Of a stretch of DNA of 64,000 nucleotides, positions 29,157 to 41,100 are shown in pieces. Positions within the stretch are counted from its first letter, which is position 1, and each line of letters opens with the position of its first letter. The position numbers were made by a program, and so were the translations under genes. The notes beneath the pieces are model-generated. The model was not told the origin of the DNA. It ran no database searches and saw only the letters and a program-made list of their open reading frames with translations. This DNA comes from a virus: positions 32,001-96,000 of the IMG/VR virus record IMGVR_UViG_3300027733_000030. One strand, written 5' to 3'.

Positions 29157-31857
29157 CCATGTCTTGAAGTTCGTAAGCTATACCAGCTGTCAAGCTATTG
29201 GATATAATATTATAAATTTCTTTTTGATCTACAAAATAATCTTTTACTTCTTCTGGTATTCTAATTATAACATATCCACCTTTATTATAGGCTTTGCCAT
29301 TTGGGGAATAAACATCCCAGAATGATAGTACCTCGGGGATTGCTTCTATTAACTCATGGTTTGATTTATCTATAGCTATTCCACCGCCCCTTAGTCTTAG
29401 GTCTATGGTTTCCGGGGGAATATTATATGGGTTATTGGAAACGTAAATAGTGGCTATGGGCAGGGCAAATGGGTCATATTTGGCAGATCTGCTGTCGAAA
29501 ATAGAATCATCATAAGTGAATCGGATAGGAGTATCATACAAATAATCATTAATTTTAATTAAATTATTTGTGTTATTTTCAATATTTTGTTTTTTATAGA
29601 TATTCTTTGGTATTATATAAATATATAGTGGTTGGCCATAGTATATATTGCCTGAATTTAACACAGGATTTAATGGAATTGGTTCTCCATTTATATGATT
29701 TAATAAAATATCCTTATTCACTGTTGTATAATTAACTTTGACTAATTCTGAATTTTGAGGTATAATATTTTTATTGAATTCTATTAAACCATTATAGCAA
29801 TCAATATCTTTAATGCTAGAATACGTAACTTCTACCCATTCTGAGGAAATGGATTCTCTAGTATAAATTTTAATCTGAGGCTTAATGATTCCAGCTATTG
29901 AATTTTTATTATTCGTAGGATAATTCCAAGCCAGAATTGGAGTACAATTTACTTTAATTTTATTAGCACTTAGTACTAGTGGAGTTTCATTAATAATATC
30001 TTGATATCCAAATCCAAACAATTCCGAAGACGCTGTCTTAAATTCGTTAATTGTCGTATATTGTGCTGTTAGTTCTTGACCGATATAACTAGTTTTCCAA
30101 TCACTCCATTTATTCTCGGAGGAAATAAAAATCTTCTTCCAGAAACTTCCAGTAGTTAGTGGCAGTGGCCATGCGTTGAACTTGGATAAATTATCATTCA
30201 TTTTTCCAACTTTAATAGCGGAATTAGAATTAGTTTTAACAGAATATACCGGAACTATTGTTTTCAGTGGAACATTGGTTGGCTTAAACGTTGTGTTTAA
30301 TGTTGGGCCAATATATTCATTTTTATTTTGAGTATTACCGTCTGCGTCTATTGCACAAACGCCAATAAATATATTGCTGATACCTCTAGACATAATGTCT
30401 ATATAAGTCATTTGATTTCCTAAAAATTCTTTTTCCAAAATATCATAAAAACCATAAATAAATCCGTCTTGATTTTGAGTTTGGTTTTTTACTATAAATG
30501 AACCATATCTTAAATCTATTTCTTCACTATTTATTGAAGATATTCCTGTTAATTGCGTATTAATTTCAGCAGAGGTTGGCAGTCCATACGGACCCCCATT
30601 TTGATCGCATAACAATAAAATCCCGTCATTAACATCTACTGAGTTTCTTGAATCAGAAAAAATACGACCGTCAATTGTCCTAAGTTTATATCCAGTTGCT
30701 AAAGATTTGGTAATATTAAATATTTGACTTCCGCTATAATAAATTGCTGAAGTAGTTAAGCTGTACTGATTGTTTAATTTTGTTAAAGTTACGGGGTTTC
30801 CTGTGACTGCATTTCCATCAGAGGTAACTTGAGTAATAGCCGCACTATTTAGTGTTATCGACGTTGGCGCGCTTGCAAAATTTATCATAAGATTATCAAA
30901 AGTATAAGTTGTATTATCATTTAACTTATATTGATTATTTGTAAAATTAATAGTTTTAGTTCCCTGAAAAATTTGAGGATCAGAATAGGTGATTGAAGTA
31001 ACATAAGAAGTATTCCTAGTCAGATTAGAAGTAGTATATGTCTTACTCACATCCAGCGCAGATGTTATTCCAGTGTGAGTCTCCTCAGATTCTATTGTTG
31101 CAGTTACGATAGTTTCTCGAACAGGCGTAACTACTTCATTGATTGGATCTTCGCCAGGAGATTCGACCTTGATACTGGTTCCGTAAGCTTCAATTGCTTT
31201 AATGCCAAAACCTTCGCCACTGCCGTAGTACGCGACTGATCTTCCAACAATTGATATCCACATATATTTGCAGTCTGCTGCGGGCATTCCGCCCATCTGA
31301 ATTTCAATATTGTTCTTTAATGCGTTTGCATTTATAAAATGCAGATTTGTTGCGACTATATCAGTGCTGTAAGAAGAGGACCATCCATATGCGTCAATAT
31401 TAAAATTTCTCCAAAGCGGATTATCATCGGCTTCAATAAAAATTGAATTAACAGTCTTTAATTTTAAAGTATTTATTTCAAAGAATATAATATCTCTAGC
31501 TTCACTTGGTCCACCAAATCCTGTAAAAGTAATTTTTCTATATGTCCCATCACCAATGCCAGAAGCAACAACAGCAGCCCTAGCTGCCCTCATATATTTA
31601 ATAACTTCTGGAACACCTTTTGCTTCTGCCCAAAGAATCCAATTATCAAAATTTTCGTTATTTTTCCAGAATAAAGCTAAACTCCATTTAGTTTCACTGT
31701 CAACTTTTCCATCAATATATCTTTCTTTATTGCCTTCTTGAAATGTATGTACGGCGTCCATTGTCTTAGATCCATAAAGACCATCTATTGATGCAGTATA
31801 GGAACCATAAGCAGATAAAGTATATTGTATGTATTTCACATATTCATGAGCAGCCAT
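29137..31857 (-). CDS. structural protein with N-terminal peptidoglycan-binding domain
   Basis: VKYIQYTL...IDGLYGSKTMDAVHTFQ...IDGKVDSET (PG_binding_1 pattern). Confidence 0.7.
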   Translation of the reverse strand: MAAHEYVKYIQYTLSAYGSYTASIDGLYGSKTMDAVHTFQEGNKERYIDGKVDSETKWSLALFWKNNENFDNWILWAEAKGVPEVIKYMRAARAAVVASGIGDGTYRKITFTGFGGPSEARDIIFFEINTLKLKTVNSIFIEADDNPLWRNFNIDAYGWSSSYSTDIVATNLHFINANALKNNIEIQMGGMPAADCKYMWISIVGRSVAYYGSGEGFGIKAIEAYGTSIKVESPGEDPINEVVTPVRETIVTATIESEETHTGITSALDVSKTYTTSNLTRNTSYVTSITYSDPQIFQGTKTINFTNNQYKLNDNTTYTFDNLMINFASAPTSITLNSAAITQVTSDGNAVTGNPVTLTKLNNQYSLTTSAIYYSGSQIFNITKSLATGYKLRTIDGRIFSDSRNSVDVNDGILLLCDQNGGPYGLPTSAEINTQLTGISSINSEEIDLRYGSFIVKNQTQNQDGFIYGFYDILEKEFLGNQMTYIDIMSRGISNIFIGVCAIDADGNTQNKNEYIGPTLNTTFKPTNVPLKTIVPVYSVKTNSNSAIKVGKMNDNLSKFNAWPLPLTTGSFWKKIFISSENKWSDWKTSYIGQELTAQYTTINEFKTASSELFGFGYQDIINETPLVLSANKIKVNCTPILAWNYPTNNKNSIAGIIKPQIKIYTRESISSEWVEVTYSSIKDIDCYNGLIEFNKNIIPQNSELVKVNYTTVNKDILLNHINGEPIPLNPVLNSGNIYYGQPLYIYIIPKNIYKKQNIENNTNNLIKINDYLYDTPIRFTYDDSIFDSRSAKYDPFALPIATIYVSNNPYNIPPETIDLRLRGGGIAIDKSNHELIEAIPEVLSFWDVYSPNGKAYNKGGYVIIRIPEEVKDYFVDQKEIYNIISNSLTAGIAYELQDMDGNSWN

Positions 31858-31875
31858 TACTTATTCCAATCTAAA

Positions 31876-34800
31876 CTACGCATAGTTTTTTATCCTGTTG
31901 TAATAGAATCTATAGTCACTGGCGGCGCCGCCAAAATATCCGGTGAATGTACTGGGATTTGTTATCTTTAGGGCGTCATTTATTGACCAGACATCTTGTT
32001 TAATAAATGCATTTTGCAGTGTGCCGTCATGGACTGATCTTTTAATTGTCTTATTTGAAAAAATAGAAACCGTAACTAATGCATTAGTGACAAATATACG
32101 AGTTGTTGGATTATATTCCGTTCTCGTCCAATGCCACGTTTCTACTGGAATTCGAGTATCTACTGGTGAGGTAGCAACTGTGGTAGGAGGTGCAGTAGTA
32201 ACTGGTATAGTAGTAGTAGTAGTAGCAGCAGCTGGAACAGTAGTCGTGGTAGTAGCTGGGGGCACAGTAGTGCGAGGCACGGTTGTGGGAGGTGCGGTTG
32301 TGGGAGGTGTAGTGATTGTAGGTGAACCACCAGTTGTTCCACTATCATTATTTGGCTTAACGACTACAGAGCCAAAGGAAGCACTCGTATATGTTCCTGT
32401 ATTAGAAACACCCGCTGCTGCTAATATTGCTGATGTTATACCAGCTATATCTTCTGCGGTTAGGGCAGGCGGTTTCTTTGGATCTCCCGAGAAATACCAT
32501 ATTCTAGTATCTTTATGGATATCTATATCGCCAGTATATGGAAACACATTATTTGCGCTTGAGCCAACTGTAGCTCTCAATAATCCTAGATCATCGATAG
32601 CTGATTGGATGGATATGCAACTGGCGCTAACTGATTCTGATTTTCCAGTAGTTTTAGTCGGATTAGTGGTAACTGTTCTTACTTCTTTTAGTGAGGCATT
32701 AAATGTGGCAGTTAGGGTAGTATTTAAAGTTATATTAAATGATAAAGGTTTATCTACGGCTCTTGCGTAATTATATTTAGATATTAAATTAAATGGATAA
32801 GATCTAAAAGAATTTAATACATTTAATTCATTATTTAGTCTTCGTGTACCAGAAGTGCTATATTGGCTATCAATAATTGCGTAGGCGCCAAAATTACTTG
32901 GTATTGTTAACTTTGGAGAAACTTTATTTGTATATGCGTAACATTTAACATTTGGATCTGTAACCTTGAATAAGTAATATGATGAAGGTATATTTTCATT
33001 GTTAATATTTGTACTCGTATCCACAACTGTAGCATTACTTATTGTAATATCAGGATTTGTTACCTCTATAAATATTTCAATATTGGATGATGATAGAGTT
33101 TGAACTATTTCCCTTTGTGCAGGTGGCAAAAAGTTGGTTAGAGATGATTTATAAAAATCAAACATAGAATTATTATTATTTATAATATTTCTGACATATT
33201 TAGATTCTAAATTATTAATTGATATCTGTGTAAAATATTGTTCTTTTTCATCTTCAAAAAGAGCGTCTTGATCCATAGTCCACGATGAGTCCCACTGTGT
33301 AATGAAATTATATAAAGAACTTCTGATATCTATAGAACGAGTTGCTTGGCTTCTGCAATATAGGGCATAGGATACTATGTTATATAAAAGTTTAAAGGGA
33401 CCCTCAACGATACCAGAATACAACGTAGTTCCACTGGGATCTGCTGCAGTCGGGCCATAGTTTGAATCTGCGACTTGCTCTGGACTATTTACGCTATAAA
33501 TAGAATTGCAATAGGACATTAGCGGAAACGTTGTTGCTACAATATTTCCACGCGATAGTGAATCTCCTGTATTCGGGTATGCCAACACTATACCTGCACT
33601 ATATGCTGATGTAGAACTTGCGCCTAAATTTAAAAATGAGTTTGCTACTGCTGCATTATTGAAGTATTTATATCTTTTAAAAGCGTTCCCCCTATATGAA
33701 TAATTAGATCCATATATTCCATAGTTATCTTTTTCAAAGATACCATCTTGTATTGTCCATCCACCATTTTTAGTATTATCTAATAATACATTAGTATCCA
33801 CATTATCAATATAATTAGATGAAGTTGTTGCTGAACTTAAGCTTAATTGTCTATTTAGAGCTGTGGCATTGCATGTCCCATCACTCATATCAATAATCAG
33901 AGTTCCATTTTTTCTTAGAAATTCTTGAAGTTTAGCGTTTTGATTTGCATTTATTGCTGCTGATGGAGACCACGCTAAAACATCAAAATTATTAAGATCA
34001 TCAATAGAATCTATATTGACCTTCCAATAAGAGGCCAATGTTTTGTCTGTACCTGTTGCGTTGGGATTAACAAATGTATATTTAGCTAAATTAAACGGAG
34101 AGTTTTGTAACCTTGCGAAAACATATGGGTTAACAGTAGAATTATTTTCTTGAGTTGGTGAGCTATATAAAACCCCAACATTTACAGTTTTCTGTACAAT
34201 AGCGCCAGAAGAATCTACTTCTGAACCATAGTTAACTTGATCAAAATTAATATTATTTCTTGTCCTGGCAATCATGCGCCAATTAAAAACTTCAAAACTT
34301 CTATAATCTTTAATTGCTTTTGACGGTACAATTATTTGATAGCCACTCTGTTTATTGACTTCAGAAATTAGAGTACGATATTTATCATCTATTTTTTTAA
34401 TAGAAAAATTATTTTTATCTTTGTAGTTATCATCTATGACAAATGATTCTTCTGGAACTTCATAAAAATAAGGAACAGCATTTACTGTTTCAGTATAATT
34501 TAAAATTAAATTAAATGGATTAGCGTTGTCGTCGCATTCTATTTTGTCATATACTAGTTTTAGATTATTTGGTTTATCTGAATCAAAAAGAACTATAATT
34601 CTATAGGGCCATTGATTACCTTGATAGTTATCCAAAGTTTTAAATGGCTCTAAAAGAATTCTATATTTTTTAGTATTAGTTATCGCATCAATATATTCAT
34701 TGTTATTCCCGTCAATAACTTTTATATTTAGACCAGAAATAGATTCGGCTGGCATATATTGCTTTAAAGATATCAGGGATATATTTGCGGGGCCATTGAT

Positions 34801-35178
34801 AAAATATCTACTCATGTACATATAATGAACAAAACCGTCTGCATTGGTTTGAGTAATATCTATTTTTTCTGCATTAGTTGATCTATTTAAAAATATATTT
34901 CCAACAGTAATATCATTACTTGGAAAATCATAACTTCCGTCTATTTTCTTCAAAAAGCCTAGTTCGTCTGCAAAAGCTATGGTTGCTTTTAATCCATCTT
35001 CATTTGTAATTCTATTTTCCTGTATGCTCCCAGATATATCCACTATAGAAATATTGTTGCGTGGATTCACTTTTAGAGAAGAAAACCATGATATGCCAGC
35101 GGCTTCCGTAGGAACATTCTTGCCAATTTTAACTGACTTCTCATTGCCGTCTGTTGTTAAGTTTTCAAATTTTTTCAT
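31876..35178 (-). CDS. large structural protein with a Pro/Thr-rich linker near the C-terminus
   Basis: 1100 aa; TTPPTTAPPTTVPRTTVPPATTTTTVP... tract. Confidence 0.65.
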   Translation of the reverse strand: MKKFENLTTDGNEKSVKIGKNVPTEAAGISWFSSLKVNPRNNISIVDISGSIQENRITNEDGLKATIAFADELGFLKKIDGSYDFPSNDITVGNIFLNRSTNAEKIDITQTNADGFVHYMYMSRYFINGPANISLISLKQYMPAESISGLNIKVIDGNNNEYIDAITNTKKYRILLEPFKTLDNYQGNQWPYRIIVLFDSDKPNNLKLVYDKIECDDNANPFNLILNYTETVNAVPYFYEVPEESFVIDDNYKDKNNFSIKKIDDKYRTLISEVNKQSGYQIIVPSKAIKDYRSFEVFNWRMIARTRNNINFDQVNYGSEVDSSGAIVQKTVNVGVLYSSPTQENNSTVNPYVFARLQNSPFNLAKYTFVNPNATGTDKTLASYWKVNIDSIDDLNNFDVLAWSPSAAINANQNAKLQEFLRKNGTLIIDMSDGTCNATALNRQLSLSSATTSSNYIDNVDTNVLLDNTKNGGWTIQDGIFEKDNYGIYGSNYSYRGNAFKRYKYFNNAAVANSFLNLGASSTSAYSAGIVLAYPNTGDSLSRGNIVATTFPLMSYCNSIYSVNSPEQVADSNYGPTAADPSGTTLYSGIVEGPFKLLYNIVSYALYCRSQATRSIDIRSSLYNFITQWDSSWTMDQDALFEDEKEQYFTQISINNLESKYVRNIINNNNSMFDFYKSSLTNFLPPAQREIVQTLSSSNIEIFIEVTNPDITISNATVVDTSTNINNENIPSSYYLFKVTDPNVKCYAYTNKVSPKLTIPSNFGAYAIIDSQYSTSGTRRLNNELNVLNSFRSYPFNLISKYNYARAVDKPLSFNITLNTTLTATFNASLKEVRTVTTNPTKTTGKSESVSASCISIQSAIDDLGLLRATVGSSANNVFPYTGDIDIHKDTRIWYFSGDPKKPPALTAEDIAGITSAILAAAGVSNTGTYTSASFGSVVVKPNNDSGTTGGSPTITTPPTTAPPTTVPRTTVPPATTTTTVPAAATTTTTIPVTTAPPTTVATSPVDTRIPVETWHWTRTEYNPTTRIFVTNALVTVSIFSNKTIKRSVHDGTLQNAFIKQDVWSINDALKITNPSTFTGYFGGAASDYRFYYNRIKNYA
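32170..32345 (-). repeat. coding microrepeats of the Thr/Pro linker
   Basis: Tandem CGGTTGTGGGAGGTG x2 (32280-32309) and GTA/GCA triplet runs. Confidence 0.8.
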
Positions 35179-38100
35179 TACTGTTCCTCATAATCTGGAT
35201 GAGAATTCTCTAAGGTTGTTATATATTCCGGAGTTGATCCAAATAGCTTTAATTGATATTGATCAAATTTTCTTAATGGAACCCATTGTTCTGGAATCCA
35301 GTTTGGTGTAGCGTTATTTGTGATAACACTAGAAGAATCTGAATACTTATACACAAAATTAGGGGTCGCAGTTAGATCTGAATTCTGCTGCTTGCTATGA
35401 ATGAAGGAACTAGGTAGGGGCAATCCTTCATTAGCATACTGAACATTATCATATGCCTCGTTCCAATAGACAATATCACCAGATATAGTAACAGCGTCTA
35501 GAGATAAATCTTCCCCATCATTTATTAATAAGTTTCTGACTATAATTGGATCATCAATTTCAATTTTAAGGAACCAGTGACCAGGATTAGTATTGGATTG
35601 AGAGACAATATCATTGTTTATTACAAAAGTGCCGTCAGAATTCGTTGTTATACTATCTGCGGGCGTTCCGTCGAAGAGGTCTAATAAAGTTCTTTCCTTA
35701 ATCCAGTTAAGACCTATTGCGTGTTCAAATGGCTTATTTTTCCAATAAACTCTGCCTACAATCGACACATTAGTTAATCCATCAGCTTGGATGGAGTATC
35801 TCACTGGCGTTGCCTTTACTTGTAAATAAAATTTATTATTAGTATATATTTTAAATGGTATTATTTTTTGATGCCCAGCGGTGGGTGTATCTGTGATCCC
35901 AGAAATTAATATTGAACTTTCATCAGTTATCGCAGGTATAGTGCCAGTGTATCTAACTATAGTTGTAGCAAAACCATTATCGTTTGTTTGGACCTGAGAA
36001 TCTTCAGCCTCAATCTCCGTACCAGAAATATCGAAAGACATATTTGGCTTTAAGTTTCCATTTATATCATAAGATACTATGGATAAATACATCAAATCTT
36101 CTGGTGAATCAGTTATGTGTGCTGGTGACAGATAGGCCTCTATCGATCCATATTCGTACTCGTGAGTATCAATATAGACATAGCCTTCTTCTAAAGGATT
36201 GCTAACCTGATTTATATCAAGATCTATGCTGTTATGGTTATTCATATAATCTGATTCATAGACTATTTCATAGGTAGCTGGCGAATTAGGGGTGACTACA
36301 GTTCCGCCAGATGAATAAAGCCCATCGGCCTTAGTTGCAATGGTTAGGGTCAAGTTGTTTGTAGGAGTCGTTCCACCAAGACTTGTTCCAGGAATGGTTA
36401 TTGTATTGCCTACTTGATAGTTAGAACCACCAGCAACAATGGTGGAAGATGAGTTATCTGCCGTACCTGTCCACGAGGCGTTAGCCGTGTTGCCATCAAA
36501 GTAATCGTTAACTGTTAAACTTCTTTCTATGAGCAGCGCATCTATTTGATGCGAATCTCCACTAGAACCCGTGCCAGTTGAATACACGGTAAAGTTAATA
36601 AAAACGGTATTAGCGGGTATCGTTCCTGTGACTGACAATCGTGTAGAAGTAGCACAAGTGGAAGCCGTACCACTAACTGTAGAAATAAGGGTAAGCGCAC
36701 CAGTGTAAAATTGCATCTGTATACGATATGAGCGTGAGCCCGATTTACGCAGACAACTTATTGAGGCGGTCAGAGTATCCCCAACTCTTGAAGTGTTAAG
36801 ACCATAATACACTCCGTAGGTTGCGGCTGATGAAGCAGTTGAGACTAAAGACCACGATCCTGAGCCACCAGCAATAGTCCCTGCTGTTCGCACATTAGTA
36901 GCATTGTTAGCCTGCCATCCGGTCGTATTTGCCCCAAATGATGGGTTAAGACATAAGTTTGTACGGACGGGGCTAACTGTGATAAATCCGTTGTAAGCGG
37001 TTCCTGACCCAGTTTTGACAATGGTAAATACTGCGCCACTACCAGAGCCATTAGTCCCACTTTGGGTGACTCCAGTGTAGGTTGCTGCCGTTGTAATACT
37101 AGTCCCGGAAGATGTATATGTCGTAGTTCCTTGAGCCAAAGCCGACTTTGGGTTTCCGTTAAATGAACCAAGATAGAATGCGGTGGGACTAGTAACTCCA
37201 GTAACAGTCCCTGTAGTGCTATATGAATTTGGTGTTGTGCCAGCGATAGTAGCAGTATCGCCGACTGAAAAGCCGTGAGACTTAGATGTAATGTAGCTTG
37301 TCCGATTATTAGTTGAAGAATAAACGGCTGAGTTTATATTGGATGTAGTTTGAGGAGGGGTACTGGATAGGTATAGGTTAGCTACATAAGAATCTTTTGT
37401 GCTGGAATAGACATCTTTATCTACATAAAAAGCGTTGTTAACATAATACACAACTTCATACTCTCTACCCTGGACTGATGGAGTAGCCTCTGAGAATGGC
37501 GAAATAACATTAGTTGCTGTACTCAAATTGTTATATAAAGTTTTTCCTGTATACAAATCTTTTACAGATATTTTAGATATATTTTCATATGCCAGATATA
37601 AGGAGTTGCCACTATTGCCAAGAACATTTTCAGTATTATAAAAACTTGCCTTACCTGGTGTAGCTGAATCGGTAAATATTAAATTTCTATATTGAACAGC
37701 TGGTGTAGCTGAATCGCTAGCAACATTTATTATTACAGGTGCGCCAAATCTAGGTATAGAAGTTAATTCAATATTAAAAAACTTTCCATTATGATTTTGG
37801 GTTACTGGATTGGCATAGATATAGTGTTGGTCCTGATCAAGATATAACCAGCCGGTATTTAATCCAGTCAGATATGAACTCTCATTCAAATTAGTTCTCT
37901 TGGCGTTGACATTCACGTATGTTTTTTCACTTGAAGATATTGAGGAGTTTAAGCTCTCTAACAATATTTCCGGATTATCCACATAAGTTTCTATGCTATT
38001 CGGTGTTGTCGTAAATTTAACATAATTGATATTATATATATCTTCTAAATCTAGATTAAAAGAAGTTCTATTTAAATCAATAGTCTGCAAGAATTTATCT

Positions 38101-41100
38101 TGATTATAGAAATAATTTTTTGATTCATTTATTTTATTATAAGTATTATTATTTTCATCAATATAACCAGTAAATACATTTGGTGTTGTAGTGGCAGTAA
38201 AGATATCATTACTAATTTTATCAAATGGATAATGAGTTGTAGGAGTCGCAGCATCGACGATAATATAGTCCGGAGTAGCACGGGGGTTACTTGCGGTTCC
38301 GCCAGATGAATAAAGCCCATCGGCCTTAGTTGCAATGGTTAGCGTCAGGTTGTTCGCGGGGGTCGTACCACCAAGACTTGCGCCAGGAATGGTGATAGTA
38401 TTACCGACCTGGTAGTTGGAACCACCAGCGGTTATTGTGACTGTAATAAACCCACTGTAAGCGGTGCCTGAACCAGTTTTCTGGATAGTAAATACTGCGC
38501 CACTACCAGAGCCATTAGTCGCACTTTGCGTTTTCCCAGTGTAGGTTGCTGCGGCGGTGACGCTAGTCCCGGAAGCCGTAAATGTCGTAGTGCCTTGAGC
38601 CAAAGCTGACTTTGGGTTCCCGTTAAATAATGCAAAATAAAATGTGTTAGTACTGTTGATGCCAGCAATAGTCCTTGTAGTGCTATAGGAACTTGGTGTT
38701 GTGCCAGTTATTGTAATGCTGTCACCAACTGCAAAACCGTGAGGTCTAGACGTCGTGTATTGGGTTGTCCCGTAAATGGTAAAAGCGGCACCTGTTATAG
38801 CATGAGAATAATTAGGATAAAGAAAGTTAACTGTTGCAGATGTTAAGTAGTTCTTAGACCCTATTGCAGTATCATCTGATCTATGAAATGCATACTTAAT
38901 ATTTGGAGATGATGGAACCAAGTATGAGTTTTGAGTATATGGATCTATTGCATATCCGCCATGAGAAGAATATGATCCAGAACGGTAAAGATTTTGTATC
39001 GCTGGAGTAGCTGCATTTATGTATAGATAGTTCAGAGATGAGTCTGGTGGATATATGATCTTATCTAATAAATCATCTTTAAAAGATATAATTTTATTTT
39101 CTTTGCCGGAAGCAGATATATCATTTATAGAGTTTAATACAATATTAGAAGTTAATACATCAGAATTTTTTACTTCTTGCTTAGTCGTATAAACAGTTGA
39201 TCCAATTCGTAGATTTGCATTTACATAGTCGATATTTGGTGATGTTAGCGTGGTAGAGGTATTCGCGCTTGGGTTAGATTTATACGCTATAGGCGAAGTA
39301 TTGAAAGAAGCCCTGTAACCAGCGACTGGCACTGTAATGTACGCCTGTGTTGCCTGATCCCATCTAACGCTATATGTAGTCTTAATGCTGGCTGCGTCAT
39401 AGATGCTAATTGAATTTGATGCTGGGGTAGCCTGTGTATTATAGTACACGTCATTTGTTACTTTATTTCTAAACTCAAGATCAGTTAAAGTTAGTCCATC
39501 TTGATCAAATATCTTTATTAGATTAAACTCTGGACTTGCAGAGTTAGTAGATAAAAATCTATTTCCAACATACATATCATCTCTATCTAGATAGGAGAGA
39601 TTTGTATAGAAAGTACTTGTCGCTGCATAGTTGTCGTGTGGTGGCAATACGATTTCGTACGCCAGTGCTACACCTCTATCATTCGCCCGACCTGCTTCAT
39701 AATCTGAAACTGTTCTAGTATAATTTAAATACCAAGAATAATGGATGTCTACTGGAGAATACACATATGAAGGAGTGCTGCTTAGCTTTGTTCCACCTAT
39801 TTCTATAGATCCAGAAAATGATATCGTTGCTGCTTCAACTGGATCTATTATTAACTTAGCGTCATCAAAATCACCAACACCTGGTTGATAGTATGCAGCT
39901 GGCAGATCTGTATCTGTATCATAAATCGCTGCAATTCTGCTTATACCTTCACCTAGTGTGCCTGCATAATCCCATACTCCATCGCCCCAATTCACATATC
40001 CTAAATTACTTGGATATTTAATATTTAAATTTTCCACTAATTGTTTAAAGGCCGGAAGTGGTTTGCCATCTTCAGAAAAATAATCTGTGGAAGATTCAAT
40101 ATCAGATATTTCTAGAATTTCTGGAGTTGCACCTAGATAATCGGAATCTGGAGTTGCACCATATGCTCTCCATAAATCTAATTCTCGCCTAATAGTTTTC
40201 TTGTACGCGTCCGCGGAAACACCAGGAATATTCTTAGTGACATCTAAAATTCTCTTTTTATAATTAGAGTTTGACTCTAGATTAAGCCTCGGTAGGCTAA
40301 CACGAGCGCCAAATTCATCAAAGTCATTATACATATTTAAAGGATCTTGATTATATATAATTCCATTAATATTTAAAACTGAGAAATTTCTCATTGTAAT
40401 TAATTGACGATCTAACATATTGTAATAGAATACATAGTCTGTTGATCTTGAATTAAAGAAATCTAATAAAGATGAAACTCGACCTAGAGGTATATCGTCA
40501 CCAGTAATTGTATTTATATTAGGAGGCACGTTATATGAGACATGGCACCATGCTAATTCATTGATATCTGCGCTATTAATATACGCATTAATTCCATAAA
40601 GATCAATTTGAGCAGATATATAATCTAAATTTTCGCCTAATAATGCATTTAAGAACGCGCCACCAGTAGACTGCGGTATTGCTAGACTGGGCGTTGCATC
40701 CGCCATTGAATCTTCGAATAAAGCTGTCCAAGATGGAAATCTTTTAAGAATGTTTCTGACAGAATTAGAAATAACTGGTGGGATTGGATCATAAATCCCT
40801 ATTTCTAAATAAAATACTAGACCAAGTAAATTGATATCTATTTCGTCGGCATATATCTCAAGTTCTACTTTTACGTAGGGCTTTGCATTCCTGATAAAAA
40901 TAGCATTAGTCTCTCCACTGAGAGCCGACTTTAGCCATGGCCCATCTTCAGCATCTGATTCATACATCTGAAGGTTAAAAGTTGGAGATATAGTTCCAGG
41001 TATATTAGTAAAAATATGCCTGTAACTTAAAATATCAATCCTAGAAGAAGTGTCTATAAATCTTTGTATGCTTGGAGTTGCTTGTTCATATATCACTTCT

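Noticed and set aside
28882-29325. 147-aa plus-strand ORF (and the other short antisense or nested track ORFs, e.g. 3529-3894, 34979-35311, 36845-37171)
   Set aside because: Lie entirely within long conserved genes; no independent signals
31858-31878. Stop read-through fusing the 1100-aa and 906-aa genes (same frame)
   Set aside because: Two in-frame stops (TAG, then TAA five codons later) separate them
31943-32770. 275-aa plus-strand ORF
   Set aside because: Antisense shadow of the Thr/Pro-rich region; Val/Gly runs come from reverse-complemented Thr/Pro codons
36301-38810. Diversity-generating retroelement TR/VR pair
   Set aside because: Differences between copies are mostly synonymous third-position changes, not adenine-specific; both copies are coding; no reverse transcriptase in the window
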